From contig CM074808.1 in assembly GCA_037447605.1 (NCBI GenBank), positions 2,852,001 through 2,916,000 on the forward strand: a DNA stretch of 64,000 nt, read 5' to 3'. The DNA is from Zygnema circumcarinatum SAG 698-1b. Its lineage: Eukaryota > Plantae > Zygnematophyceae. A program made the translations under genes and the position numbers. Below are positions 43,001 to 56,673 of this stretch, piece by piece (position 1 is the first letter of the stretch; each line of letters opens with the position of its first letter). The notes under the pieces are model-generated. The model saw only the letters and a list, made by a program, of their open reading frames with translations. It made no database searches and had not been told where the DNA came from.

Positions 43001-46000
43001 ATTCTGAAGCTGACCTTTGGCACTCGTCGTCCATGTAGGACGCCACAATGGCGGCGGCACACGACCGGCAGGAGGAGAGGCACTGCTGAAGCTCTCCCCT
43101 CACGAGGTTCACAGCGCGCACGGGCCACACCATTATCTCCACTGTGATGAAGCACAGGATGCCCACACATGTCTGCCGGACAAAAGCATCAAGTTTGAAG
43201 ATTATAAATGTGATGTTGGACCTATTTGGGCAACCTCTGTTGGCTGCAGTGCACCAACTTGCTTCCAAACCATATATGATTTCTCGTTTGGAGAAAGCTC
43301 CTTTTTGTGTTGCATTTACTGTGAACTAGCCAAGGTTTACGCTTTGACATGAGCGTTAACTTTGGTTAGAACGTGATTTCTCTCGCAGGCGATGACAGTG
43401 CTCTTTACCCCACTCTCCCTTTCTTTTCACAGATATGGCTGCCTACACGAACCTGTGTAATACGCGACAGCGCATAGGTCTTGAAACCATCCCCTTGCCG
43501 CTGATACCTGTTGAGCAGACAAGAGAGCACCCCTCTCACTGCCCCTTTCACTCAGAGGTACTCTCACTCCTTAGGCAGCAATAGACCCTGCAGTAGCAAA
43601 ATAGATGGAGAGGGGAAGAGAGGGGGCCATTTGCGAGGTCCCCACCCGAGCATGATGATGGGCGCAGTGAAGGCAGCCACCAGCCCCGCATAGCCATATG
43701 GTGAGCTGCGAGGCAGGCAGCAGACATTCCATGAGCGTTGCCGTTCAATAGGGAGAGGACATTGCATGCTAACAAACTTTGCAGAGCTTTCGCATCGTCA
43801 TTCCACACTAGCAAGGAGGCAAAATCCTTCATGCATATGCTTATGCCGGTCGTCTGAAGCCGCTGCAGTGTGGGTGTTTGGCTGTTGTTGTGTGGATTCA
43901 TGTAAATGCATGGCAAGACGTTTCTTTATCGACTGTTATAGCTTCCCTCTCACCTGTGGCGGATGAAGGAGGCGAAGACCACCCAGGTAACCAGGGCGGA
44001 GGCTAATGCCACATCGTTGTCGCGGGTCACAAGGAGCGCCAAGTACCCAAATATGGCCCCCATTACGGTGCCCTGGAAGAACCGAAGGAAGACTATTAAG
44101 GCAAAGGAGAGCAAAATAAGCAAGCGCTTATGCAAGGATGGAGGTCAAAGAGGACGATGCATTGAGAATCCCTAAAGAAGATGGACCTTTTGTTTCTCTG
44201 CCTATGCAGCGAAGGGATTTTAGGGCTTTGCGGAGACAAGTTTCCCTGAGAAGCCGCCATCAAAGGAGATAACTGGTTCTACTGATACTCACAGTCTATC
44301 CCTGAGATTCCAAGGAGAATGAACGAGATCTTAGAGTTCACCTCAGGATAACGAACAAGTGAAACGCGAGCTCTTGTTGGCACATTTCTGAATCTATACA
44401 AAGAGACCAAACTGCATGAAAACCTCCTTGGAGCCTTCATGCAAACATCGTCCTTAGGGTTTTAGAGCAGGACCTGCAGCCTCAGAAGTGCCAGCTTGAA
44501 TGAGCCGCCCTGATATCCGGCAACCACCACAAAACTGCAGCACAGAAAGCAGCCGTAAATTCTAACAATTTTGATCATTCTTGATTTTTCAGTTTTTTTG
44601 TCTACTTTCCCTCATCGTTTTGGAAAATTTCTTTAATAATTTAAGGTTTATATGTACTCTCATCTCCACTTTCTAGTTCGTTACTTATGGATGCCATCCT
44701 AACCCAAAATTGCCACTTCATACCAAAGATGCAGCTTCGCTTACTTAAACACAGAGGTTAAATCAGCCGTCTGTTTGAAACCTTTACTGACAGGCTTTTT
44801 AAATTCCTCATTTCTCCTACTGTCAGGTTTTTTCGGGTTTCGGGAAATACGCGACAGTAACAGGCGCCCAGAAGCTGTCAACTACTGAAATCGCTCTCCC
44901 GGCCAGTGCTGCTGCCGACATTGCAAGGGCGATTTTGAATGAGCCCTGGAATAGACTCACGACCATTCACAAATTAGACCCTTTGGGGGCTTTTTGAAGT
45001 TACACGTCTTAACAAAGCCATTGCCTGAGCCATTCTCAGTATCTGCAGTTTTCCCACTCTGCTATGATGAACGTTAACATCTGTATCGCTGCAATTGTGC
45101 TCCGACAGGAAGCTGAGCCAAATCAACTAACCAAGTCACCTTGATCTTTGCCGAGTCGATCTTCAACTTGAATTCCACCGGTGTTGTTATCATCTCACCG
45201 GAAGTCAGCAGCTTCCATATGAAGCTTTTCAGTTCCGTTGGCTCCTGCGGGTCGTCATGCGTATGGCTGCCTAAAGAGAGACCTTGGGATGCTCGGAGTG
45301 GGCTTGAAGGGGGAGAGTAAAGGCCCGACAGAGGCTGCTCGGGAACATGTGGTCGTAAGAAATTCTCAACAGAATCGACCGCATGGAGCGTAGTGGCTTG
45401 CTCAGAAGCACCTGCACTACGCTCAATCTCAGACCCCTTTAGCATTCTTAAGAGTCTTTTAGGCAGGCTTCTAGTAACTGAATATGAACACACTCAGCAG
45501 GGAACCTGCCTCTGCGTTTCTTCTGGGAACCGTCTTTTCGCAGCCCCCCCACAAGGCGGAGAAGCTCGCAAATGAAGCGGCGCGCATTGAAGAGGAAGAA
45601 ATACGATGCCATTAGACTGCAGAATAGAGCAGTTAGTTTTTAGAAGTTGTAGGGGGCAGAAAGCAATAGAGTGGAGGGATATAGGCTTCACATGCTGGAC
45701 CCTGTCATTCCCGCCCACCTTCTCTCTTTCATTTCTTTCTGGAAGGGCAAATACCTGGCAGTGTTTGACCTAGGTTGAGCCAAAAAATCGTCCCCTTCTT
45801 CCATAATAATGGATCCTGCAAGTGCGTCTGAATTGTTCGTTTCGCCTTCAGGAGCGACGTGGTAATACGCAACTTCACGTGCCCTTCGGAGCGCCTCATT
45901 GAAAGCAACCAGAAGCTTCTTTCCTTTATCTACCAGATCCTTCGCTTGCACGGAGTCTGCAGTTTTTAATAGGAAACGACATATACGACGAAGTTTGAAA

Positions 46001-49000
46001 GGGTTGAAATTCGAGCGATTGAAGGACAGATACAGTGAAGTTAGAAAAGATAATGCATAAAATATAGAAAGAAGAAAAAAAAGAAAAAGATAAAAAAAAA
46101 AAAAAAAAAAAAGAAAAAGATAGTTTATAAAACATGGTCATTCTGAATTTTGTTATCTGAGGTGTTCACGATGGTGCTTCCATTCCAGGCTCCGTATGAA
46201 CTAATTACATATTTCTTTAATATCGACCTCGATATGAGAATGAATGATAATACCATCAAGAGTGCTTAGATCAAACAAGTACAAGAGCTATGTTAGATTT
46301 CAGGCTAAATCTACACTCAATTCAGAAGAACTAAGAAGGCCAATGCTTCATACCACAAGGCGTACTCAGGTTTTCCACAACCATCACGAGAGCTGCTTGT
46401 GCCTCCTGAAACCCAGCAGGCAACGAAGCACAATCGAATTGGCACATAACCCATCCGCAGATCAATGTATTGTGGTGAAACTTCTGCAAACAAAAATAAG
46501 CCTAACGACCCTCCTTACCTCCCTCCCCACCCCTCCCTGCAGAATTTCTGACCTCCGCTAAGTCCCTGAGGGGTTCCTTGAGGAGGAGAATAAAGCTCCG
46601 TGGAGGCTCCGCCTTGGCTCCCTCCTCGAGCCCCAACTCCATGCCCTCGGCATGTCGAATCAGTCCATCCATGGCCTGCACAGCAAGACAAACAAAACTA
46701 ACTAAAAAACTACCAAAGGTGAAGTCAAAGGCCGTGGGGGGTCTTTTTATTCTTCGAGCTCGTAAGATTGTTAAGGTTACAACAGCTATTCAACTTAAGG
46801 ATCGGATCGGCTTTCAAGGTTCGGCTTAGAAGTTTTGAGTACCTCTATGAGGCAGCCGAGAGCAGGCGAAGCTCCCCATGCCCCAAGCTCCCATTGAAGG
46901 TCCACTTGCCGCTCCTGCAGAGACGGACAAAATTGTACTAGTTTATGGCACCCTGCAGAAACTCTCTAACAGCCATCCCCGCGTTCAAATCATGATGCTT
47001 GTAAAAAGGCAATTTTACCGGGAGTATTATTTGCACCTTGAGGTCATTAAGACAAGACGTTGCCATTTTTGCCAATACTCGCGCATGGATGCGCGCAGAA
47101 GCGACTGTCCGCTTGTCCTCGGAACAGAATACGTCCTGGAAGATGAAGGAAATCACAGAGTGGCTTGAGTGTGTTTTTGCTTTTATTATGCACATCTCCT
47201 CCTCCTTCCAGCGCATATTGTACAACGATGCAGGCCTTACAAGCCATCTTGATGACAAGGACATGAGACGTCATCATCGGTTCTTTTTTCCTTGCAGATG
47301 ATGATTTTCAGGAAATAAATGAGGACTAAAAACCGAGCAATGACGAAACCACAGAAAGAATTGGGCCTCTATTCAGTGAGAGTTTGCCCCCCCCTCCCAG
47401 CAGACCCACTTCAACCCTGGAAACTGCGGAGTGGACAAATGGAACCCACTGAGAAAACAGTCTCTGAACAAAATAAATTGGGAAGGAGATTTGGGATTGC
47501 AGATGTTATCATTCGCAGAAAAGGTCCGGTAGTAATCTGCTGCTCTTACAATAAGAGTATTGAAAAGGGCAGCCATTGAACGAGCTAAGCTGTGGGAGCT
47601 GCTCTGAACCTGCCACAGAATGTTCAACTCTGTCAATACATCCAGAAACGATTTCAAACAACAGTAGAGTACAGACATTTTTACTCATGTGCATCCAGAG
47701 TAAAGCAACGGTAATGCAGATGCTATTCGCATTGAATTTATTTAATCAACACAAACATTCTTGACGGACGGTACAGTTTTAAAACCCCGAGAAGTGTTCA
47801 CGTTCGTCAAAAAGCATACCTCAGAAATTGCCAGTTGAGGCCAGGGGAGCATCATGGCCATCACAGAGCAGGCTGCGCCAAAAAGTGCGCTTCCACCCTG
47901 CAGCCCCAATGCAAAGGAGGTGTACACAGCGACCTGAAGCTCATGAAGCATCACAAAAGTTTGACCAACGCAGACATATCTTAAAATTCCAGTATTCGTT
48001 AGATACAAAACCACCTGTTTCGCAGGTAGGGAGGTAAAGGCGTGAAAGAACATTGGAAAAAAGGAACGTACCAAACGCAACGGGAACAGAAGACTGAGTT
48101 CCGGATTTGCAGCGAACTGCAAATACGAAATGGCACTCACAGCCAACGAGATCCTCTTCCCGAGCGCATGCACATTAGGGCTGCGGGAAAAGGCCAGGAT
48201 CCTGATTGTTAGGCGAGTTGGGCCTGTTGGGGATGTAGGGATACTGGGCTTGTAGGCAGCTGAAGCCATTGCAAAACATTTCATTTGGCGGTGCAAGCTT
48301 GGCAATTTCAGCTTTTTTGGCGCTGGAAAGAAAGGAATAGGTTAATAGTAGGGAGGGAGCACATTTCCTGGGTTGTAAGGGAACAGGTGATGAGTGGAAG
48401 AAGGGAGGAGAGGGAAGAGATATTTTCTTGTGACTTAAAAGATAGGAAGAGGATTCTTTATTGAAGGGAGTTCATGGTACATGGAGTAGGCTTACTAGGA
48501 GAAGACGAGGCTGACAACTGCCAGACAAGACATCATCGCTGCCACTGAAGGCCCAAAAATATGGCGAAAAAAGGTGGCAGTAGACTGTAGGTGCGTAGGA
48601 GCGAGGGAGAGACAGGAAAAGATAATTGTTAAAGTGCGAAGTGGAAGTTGTTTCTCTGACGACATGCAAGAACTCAGAGTAGATCCATTTCCTCCTCTCG
48701 TACTTCCCAGATTACGTGGACTGAAACTCTAGAGAAGAATGAAGCATTTAAGTGCCATTTGGTCTTCCGTTGGGATTACCGCGGCGATGACGGTTCCACA
48801 TACGACCATCCATGCGTTCCTCAGACCCCGTCCCAAACTCACATCTGTGGCTCCAAACGGCCGTCAAAGCGCAGTTGTTTTAGTTAGAGGCCGGTTCTAC
48901 AAAAGAAAGTTTGAAGCATTTGAAAAGATTGGTGATCAAGAATGGCAACGTCTACATTAATGAGCGGAGCCTGCCTGTGATCAGTATGGCCATCACAGTC

Positions 49001-49137
49001 GAGAAAAAGGGAACCGCCATCCATTGGGAAGTCTGCCGAACAAGAATGAAAATGACTGAAAACAGTGCGGCAAGTCCGGTGCGAGCGGCCACGGTGCAGT
49101 GCCGAATGAAGTTATCCCAATACACAGATTTCTTCAT
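40049..49137 (-). CDS. FUSC/AaeB-like (aromatic acid exporter superfamily) membrane transporter
   Basis: Two TM clusters: AARTGLAALFSVIFILV...DVSLGRGL, ALGLQGGSALFGAACSVMAMMLPWP; and GTVMGAIFGYLALL...WVVFASFI...YGYAGLVAAFTAPIIMLG. They are separated by helical linkers. Last exon ends TAG 40049-40051. Start and some exon borders are uncertain. Confidence 0.75.
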
Positions 49138-51001
49138 ACTGCGTATGAAACGGCTCTCTTCTCTAACCTTTGCTTGCTTTGGGTGCTATACTCGACCGTT
49201 ATGTAATCGACTGGTTTAATCACATGTGCGACTAGGCTTGGAAGCCAGCGAGCTTGCTTGTTCCGAGGCCCTTAGTTGATGGAATATCTTCCACGAAAAT
49301 AAATGAGAGAAATGGTCCTTCCCTGCCATGTCCTTTTCTGGTATCCGACCTGAGAAGGTAATGCCTCGTGGCCTGTAGCCTGTAGCCACCCAGGCCGCGG
49401 TGTCATTTGCCGTGATACTGATTTTTAATGCCAGAGAGTATTCTAAAAGTTAAACCTTCCTCCCTTGTATAAGAAACCCAAAGGCTTCCTCCTCGATAGC
49501 TGTCTATGATCCATCAGCTAACATATCTGCAAAATCACGATGACGAATCAATTTCCATGATCAGCTGCCAGCTGTAAAGTTAACCCTCAACGTTTCATTC
49601 TCTAGAACTAGAGTTTGCTTACGAAGGCAACAAGCTCCTGACTCCATAAACCTGGAAGATGCAACTGCATGTTCAGTCAGCGGTAACATATTTTGTGAAG
49701 TGGTTACAATGGTCGACGCTTCAGAGGAAAACGTTGGCCCTCACGTCAGTATTACGCGTCAAAATTGACCTTTGAACAATTTATTTCTGGCCACTGTTAG
49801 GAATAGACGTGTGTGTCTCTGGCTCTTAGTCGCACAAGTATAGCGAATGTTCACCATATTCTTTTATCAAAGCAACATTTTTCCTGTTCGTTGACATGCC
49901 AGTAGCAGCATTGTTAACAAAATGCGCGACGGTGACTCAGCTTCGAAGCCAAAGTCTGAATCACCTACTGCATAGCCGAAATGTGCTTTTCTATTCTCAG
50001 GCTGAAACCTTTAGTTATTTAAGGCGCTGGGAATCTTGTTGAAACCAATCGTTGCTGAAACCAATCAAAAAACACCGTATACATATTCTGAAGTCCCTTC
50101 AAGCTAACCCAGGCTTGTCTCCCCAATGATTGTATGCTTCAGTTCAATTCATCGCACATTCTCGGTACAAGTACTCGACAGAATAATTCTTTTCTTACCG
50201 CTCGGCTCCTTAAGCAAATAAACCGCATTTATTACAATCGTTTGAAACAGTTCACCATCAGTCACTGTGAAATAAATAATAGAATACACGACTGTAGGAA
50301 TACCACAGCAACGTTCGTGTTCAAACTTGTCTGAATAAACGCAAGCCGCAAGCAAGGGCTTGCTTCCTAAGTGCAACACTCCTTCGAAGCCAGCTGCATT
50401 TGAAAATGAACCTGATTACGGGTGCGCGAGACGCGAGATAACAGGGCCTCCCTGTATTCCTTTCCTTTGTGTCTGTCTCTCAGAGAAGACCTCTCGTCAC
50501 CCTCTCCTCCCCTGCTCCCCACTCACCGCCCTTCCAGCCTCCTCCCTCCCTTCCAAACTCCTCCAAGCAGCCGTGCAGCGGCGCCTCCTTGAAGGTCCAG
50601 CCGTTAGGGCCGTGCCACGGCACTTTCCGAAAGGAGGAGAAATTAATTTGGAACGGATACATGTATTCCCTAAATTTAATTATGCGCACGAACTCGGAAA
50701 GTACGTTTTCTGAAATGAAACGCGCAAAGCAAGTTTAGAGGTTAACGTGTCTTCGATCGATTGGTTTCCTCGACGACTCGCCTTCCACGTGACGTATTCC
50801 CATTGGCCGCTTGCGCCCACATGAGTCTGCGCCGGCGAATGGCAGGCTCGAACAAGGGCACCGGCGAAAAGGGGAAGTTTCGCGGAAGGCAGGTTGAGCT
50901 TGGAGCCTTGAAAGCCGAGGATCAGGACATGCGCGCGCTGAGGGGAGCTTGGAGAGGGAGAGGGAGAGGGAGAGGGAAGAGGGAGAGGCAGAGGAGCAGC
51001 C

Positions 51002-54000
51002 ATGGCGGCAAGGGTATTAAGCACATGGTTGCTTCTCTCGGCATTATTTTTGGTTTCTTCCCACGGTAAGTCGCAGTATGGGATGGTAGAGGGATATTTC
51101 TTGCTGGTATGGCTGCTGACCTGCTGCATTGTTATGGCTTTTGGGTGGAGTCTGTGACTAACTTGAAGCATGCTGGAGTGTTTTCAAGGGGTGGTGGATA
51201 ATTTGCAAGTGAAAATTCCGTCTTTTATGTGATGTTCTTACTGGCTACTTTTTAATGTATTTAGCTGTTTTCAAGCATTCCATGCAGAATGAACTTGAAA
51301 CTTGTTTGAAAACTTGGTTGGACCTTGTTTACTTACGTTTGTGTCCCTTGGACAAACAAAGTTGCACCTTGCTGCGTGTAGGGCTTCAGCTCAGAGAACA
51401 GCAAGCGTGATGGCGATCGCTCTCGTAGAAATATGATGCTTTGCTTTCGTCAGTCGCTACCTTGGCCATCTCCTGTCGTTGCACCTCCCAGGAAAAAACA
51501 ATGTGAAAAGGGTATACTGATAGGTTTACTTTTTCCAATGCAGCCAATGAAGTTCCCTCGTCGTCCAAGACTATTGGCGTCAACGGAATTCCTATGGTCA
51601 TCTGTACATGGCCATTCGTTGATGCTGCAGAGAAGGGCTGGCAAGTCCTTCACACGACAGGATCACCAGTGAAAGCTGCTGTGGCTGGTTGCACCGTGTG
51701 CGAGGATGAACAGTGTGACATGGCAGGTATTGCTCGTCCATTTTTCGTCGGAGGGTCGTGCTGTTAAGTAGTCTCGCCATTGTTCCTACATAATGTACGC
51801 ACCAGCAAAAAGCAGTTCGATCTGAAATTCGCCTAGCGCCAAGAAACAACACCAGTTGCTTGAGGCTATTCAAGCTGATACAAATGTTCAGAGAGTTATT
51901 GCACCAGTTTTTATAGTTCTTGTCAAGCCTCTATGACCTTGTCCAACTTTTTCATGACTAGTTAACTCGATTGTCAACTTTAAAAAAAAAAATTGATATT
52001 TTTCAAAAACGTACGATTAAAGTTATCCTCAGCACAATCTCTCACTTAACAATGTTTTGTCATGCGTCATTTTGCAGTGGGATTCGGTGGCAGTCCCGAT
52101 GAACACGGTGAAACAACTCTAGACGCAATCGTCATGGATGGGGTGTGTGTCCTGCTATCGCCTGTCATTTAACAGCACTTTTCATCGCGGGTAAGCCAAG
52201 TGGTTTTCGTTTTGATCCATGCATCGAAAGTGAAGGAATGTGACTTATAACCACGTTCCTTGATAAAAAAACAGGAGACAATGGACGTTGGGGCCGTGGG
52301 AGCATTACGGCGTGTGAAGGGTGCTGCGAGAGCAGCCCTTCACGTTCTCGAGCAGACGCAGCATTCTCTTATGGTCGGTGATCAGGCAGTGGCCTTTGCA
52401 CTTTCTATGGGCCTTCCTGGTAAGCTGCCAATGTTTGCACCACCCGCAATGTAATTGGAGCCACAGGAGAGTCGCTTAATTGACTGCATTCAATGGAAGT
52501 AAAGTTTCATGACGGTGGATGAGGAGCAACCAGAACCGTCTCTAAGTCTGACTTTACAGTTCAAGCTCGTTCATCGACGCACATTGTTGGTGGGCTAGAG
52601 ATAGGCTGAAATTGAAGGGCATTTTTTACAGTATGAACGTCCATTCGTTATATAATGACGTTCTTTTTTTTTTCTTTCTTTCTGCAGGCCCTGAGAACCT
52701 TACAACGCCTGCTTCCGAAGCCATATGGTCGGAGTGGAAAGCTAAAAAGTGTCAGCCCAATTTTTGGCAGAATGTGATTCCTGAGAGCAGTTCATCCTGT
52801 GGACCCTATGTTGCTACTGCAGGAGACCGTTACAACTCGTACAACCTTATAGGGCATAAGGAGAGAAGGCGGCCTTGGGGAAGGTTGCCTAATCGTGGCA
52901 CCCGGAAGTCACCTTTTGAAGGCTCAAAAATGGCAAGACCTCAAGTCAGCAGAAAAAACCATGACACAATTACCATGGTTGCGATTGCGGAGGTCAGTTC
53001 AAAAGCGCATGACGAATGAGCATTGAATGTATAGATTCAGTGTGGAATGGGAATTTTCTAATGAACATCGACGTTCAAAAAAATGGCTTTTGTTCCGGAA
53101 CACATACTAACTGTTAGAAATTGGCCGGCTGTTTATAGTGACTTACTTGACGCATGGAGGATGGGCAATGGCTAAGCAGGATGGGCGGATGGCTGCAGCA
53201 GGTTCAACCAACGGATTGACTTACAAGATCCCTGGAAGGTGTGAAGTTCTGGCCAACTGGTCTGAATGTCGTTTCTGAAACAAACGGGCGTGCATCTACC
53301 CAATACATACTTGTATCGAGTATTCATCATTCTCAGAACTTTCTTACACTTCCAACGTTCAAGTGAGGAAGCGTTGTGCTGATAATACTGCAATGCAACA
53401 GACAATCAGTTCGTTGCACTCTTAAACTATCGCCTGCAGACATTACAGTTTTGAGTCTTCCTTGCCGTGGTGCCTTAATTTAACAAACAGAAGCCTTGCA
53501 ACGCTGAACCTTAACCTGCAACAGAGTCCAGATTCTCATAACATGCTAAGATGAGTGAAGTAAGGGTCTCTGCTTATGCCTTGGGACAGCAGATGCGATC
53601 AAGGTCGGTGACTGATTGGATAGACATGTTTGTTTCAGAGTGGGAGATACTGCCATGCCAGGTGCTGGAGTGTATGTAGATTCGGAATTTGGCGGATGTG
53701 GAGCCACGGGTGATGGCGACATAATGATGCGCTTTGTGCCGTGGTATGTACTTCACGCTCTCCCCGCTCCCATATTGCTGCATTGGTTGTATAGAATTTG
53801 GCTTTCTATTCTTGAAAAACGTACCCGTACCAAAACGGCTGCAAACGTGTTATGGTTTTGGTTGTGATTCCAAACAATCTTGCCGAAATAAACTTGCTCC
53901 ATTGTCCCTATAGACATTTTTCGAATGCGTTTTGGTTTTCCTTTGTGCAGCTACCAGGCAGTGGAGAGCTTACGGCGCGGCTTCTCGCCGCAGGAGGCGG

Positions 54001-54197
54001 CGGATGACGCCATTGGCCGCATAGGACGGAAGTATCCTGACTTTGTTGGTGCCCTATTTGTGGTAAACAACAAGGGGGAGCATGCGGGTGCAGTGGCCAA
54101 TTGGGTATTCCAATACACGGTCATATCTCCAAATTCGTCGGCTCCTGATATTTATACGGTGATGCCAAAGCAAGCAAGGCAGGTGGAGCAGAACTGA
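51002..54197 (+). CDS. AGA: N4-(beta-N-acetylglucosaminyl)-L-asparaginase (glycosylasparaginase, Ntn hydrolase)
   Basis: Signal peptide [20 protein letters not shown]; TWPF; [31 protein letters not shown]; CQPNFWQNV; autocleavage site NHD|TI; [15 protein letters not shown]; [11 protein letters not shown]. Confidence 0.95.
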
Positions 54198-55377
54198 AGA
54201 GAGAGTCTGCTGATAAGTGTTATTGGGTTCAGGAGGAGGCTGCTAGGTAAGGACGAACAGCTTCAAAATTTGTCGCGAGAAATGGTTTAGGAATAGAAAA
54301 TTTGGAGGTTGGAAGTGGGATTCTAGAAACAGGTCTCGTGTTAATGATCCATATGGGCACTAGTGCTTTCTGTGTGTGACAATGGACATGCTTCTAGAAA
54401 ATTGACGACTGGAACAGTCCTCATGGCTGTACGGGAAGTTCTTACGGACAGTACGAGGCGGGAAACGCATTCGAAACAGAGGCTGGGGGGGAAGGGGGAG
54501 GGAGGTCGAATTCGACAGTGTGGGTCGAACGGTGGTGACGGCGGCTGCAGGTTTTTGGTGCCCAGATGAGATGTTGCGGAGTTTCAAAACTTGAATCTGG
54601 AAGCGTGACTTTGTAGGCTAACATGTGATTGGTAGTGCGGTCGCCAAACATGCTCTTATGAGGCGGGCTCTTACGAGTTCTTAAGAGTATTTTAGTATGG
54701 TGTTGAGTGGGTGATAAACGAATCCGAGCCCTAGAAGCAGCCGCGAAGGTTGCGGTTGCGGTCGCGATATCATGTAAATCAACTCATCGTTTGCTCATTT
54801 TGGTAATTTAAGGTGTCTGTTTGATCTTGAAATACTGCGGGTGGTATTGAAATGTGTGATGCGAAGGGGACATGGCCTTGTAAGCGGCACCTGTAAAAGG
54901 GTTTTTAGGGTTTTTAGGGTACTGTCTGATTGCTTGTCTCAGAGCTGTTTCGTTCAGTGCGTCACTCATAAACATTATTAGGGTGGGTCAGACATTGGCC
55001 ATGGCCAAATCAATTTCGTAAGCCTGTCGGGCGAATTAAGAGAATTCGATCGCATTCTAATTCGATCGCAAGCACTTCCGCGGAGCACTCGCCGACGCCC
55101 AGAGTCATTGTCCGTCCCAAGATCGACTCGCGAGGCGTGTGACAAGACGTCTCATTTCAAAGTCCAAAATTCGCCCTGTTAGGCGACGAACAACACGACT
55201 CTTGCACACAATTCTTTGATCAATGACGATTGAATGCAAAAAATTGTAAAAATTTTCATCCGCGGCCCCATGATGGACCGTAGCCCCAAAAGCGCCGACC
55301 GAACCGAACTCCCCAAAACACGACCGTTTTGCCGAAAATATTTTTAAAATAAAAATAATTTTAGAAGTGGAAAAAAG

Positions 55378-55515
55378 AAGGAAAGTGCTATTTACACATC
55401 TTGTGTATAGAAACACACCTTTTTTCGTCGGTCGGATTTTATTTTAGGGATTTCATGGTACTTTTTTTAAAGGTGTGTATCTAGATAAAGAAGGTGTGTA
55501 AATAGTAATTTCCTT
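55378..55515. mobile_element. MITE-like element with ~45-bp imperfect terminal inverted repeats
   Basis: 55378-55422 AAGGAAAGTGCTATTTACACATCTTGTGTA--TAGAAACACACCTTT versus the reverse complement of 55469-55515 AAGGAAATTACTATTTACACACCTTCTTTATCTAGATACACACCTTT; AT-rich flanks. Confidence 0.65.
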
Positions 55516-55890
55516 AATAAAGTAAATATTTTCTCGACAGGACCTGCGCCGGCGACCGCCCGTTCGTAGCGGAAGCCCTCCCTGGCCGCCACGTGGCAGT
55601 TTGCACTTGCGGAAACCGAGTGCGGCGCCAGAGGATAAGACGGGGATTGCGGATAGCGCGGCCCGCGGGAGGGCGGCCCTGCGCTGTCCGATCGCCATCG
55701 GACGGTCGGCGGCGGTCGGGGCCGCGGCTTGGGCGGACCCCCTCCGGGAAGGGCCCCCTCAAGGGTTCCTCCTTCGTGCTTTTACGGCCGCCATTGAGGA
55801 CTTGCTGAGCTGCTGTTGCAGGCGGAGCCCTTGCTCGAAACTCGCGGCTGCTTGCTCGCTGCAGATCGCTTGGAGGGGAACTCTGCAGTC

Positions 55891-56673
55891 ATGCAGGCAA
55901 TGGCGCAGGCCGCGGGAGTGAGGGGGGCAGCCGTCAGCGGGGCGGTGGCAGCCATTGCGGCGGAAGGGAGCCGACAGACTGTGTCGCGTGTTTCGGCTGT
56001 GAAGGCGGGGTTTATGGCTGGATCTGAGGTGAAGGTGAATGCCGTGAGGGAGAAGATGCCTGTAGTGAGCAGGAGAGCCGGGCAGAAGGGAGTTGTGTCG
56101 ATGAAGGCAAACACAGCTGCTGTCGGGTATGCTGCTGCGCTTGTGGAGCTCGGAAAGGCCACAGGGAAGCTGGATGCGATCCACAGTGATGTTGAGGCTC
56201 TCGGTAGCTTGATCGAAATGAAGGAACTTGCCGATTACCTTGCTAACCCAACTGTGGCCGATGAGAAGAAGAAGGCGATCTTGAAGACGGTGGCAACAGA
56301 TGGCAAGTACAGCGTCCACACCACGAACTTCTTGAACTTGCTCGTGGACAAGAGGAGAATCAACATTCTTCAACAGATCACCGTCGTGTTTGAGGAGCTG
56401 TACTGTGAAACGACAGATACTCAGGTAGCAGTGGTCACATCTGCTGTGAAGTTGGAAAACTCTCAGCAGGCATTGATTGCAAAGAAGCTCCAGAGCATGA
56501 CTGGCGCGAAGAACATCAAGTTGAAGAACATTGTGGATCCCGCTCTTATTGCTGGCTTTATTGTTAAGTACGGAAAGGATGGTTCTTCTGAAGTCGACAT
56601 GAGCGTGAAGGGACAGCTTGACAGGTTGGCGGCTCAGTTCGAATATGCGCAGCAGAATCCAGCTGCTGCTTGA
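55891..56673 (+). CDS. ATPD: Chloroplast ATP synthase CF1 delta subunit; intronless
   Basis: Ala/Ser/Arg-rich transit peptide, then GYAAALVELGK...LDAIHSDVEAL...NFLNLLVDKRRI...AVVTSAVKLENSQQALIAKKLQSMTGAKNIKLKNIVDPALIAGFIVKYG...VDMSVKGQL. Confidence 0.95.
   Translation: MQAMAQAAGVRGAAVSGAVAAIAAEGSRQTVSRVSAVKAGFMAGSEVKVNAVREKMPVVSRRAGQKGVVSMKANTAAVGYAAALVELGKATGKLDAIHSDVEALGSLIEMKELADYLANPTVADEKKKAILKTVATDGKYSVHTTNFLNLLVDKRRINILQQITVVFEELYCETTDTQVAVVTSAVKLENSQQALIAKKLQSMTGAKNIKLKNIVDPALIAGFIVKYGKDGSSEVDMSVKGQLDRLAAQFEYAQQNPAAA

Noticed and set aside
55891-56673. ATPD as a recent retrocopy because it has no introns
   Set aside because: To my knowledge plant ATPD genes are commonly intronless; there is no poly(A) tail or TSD.
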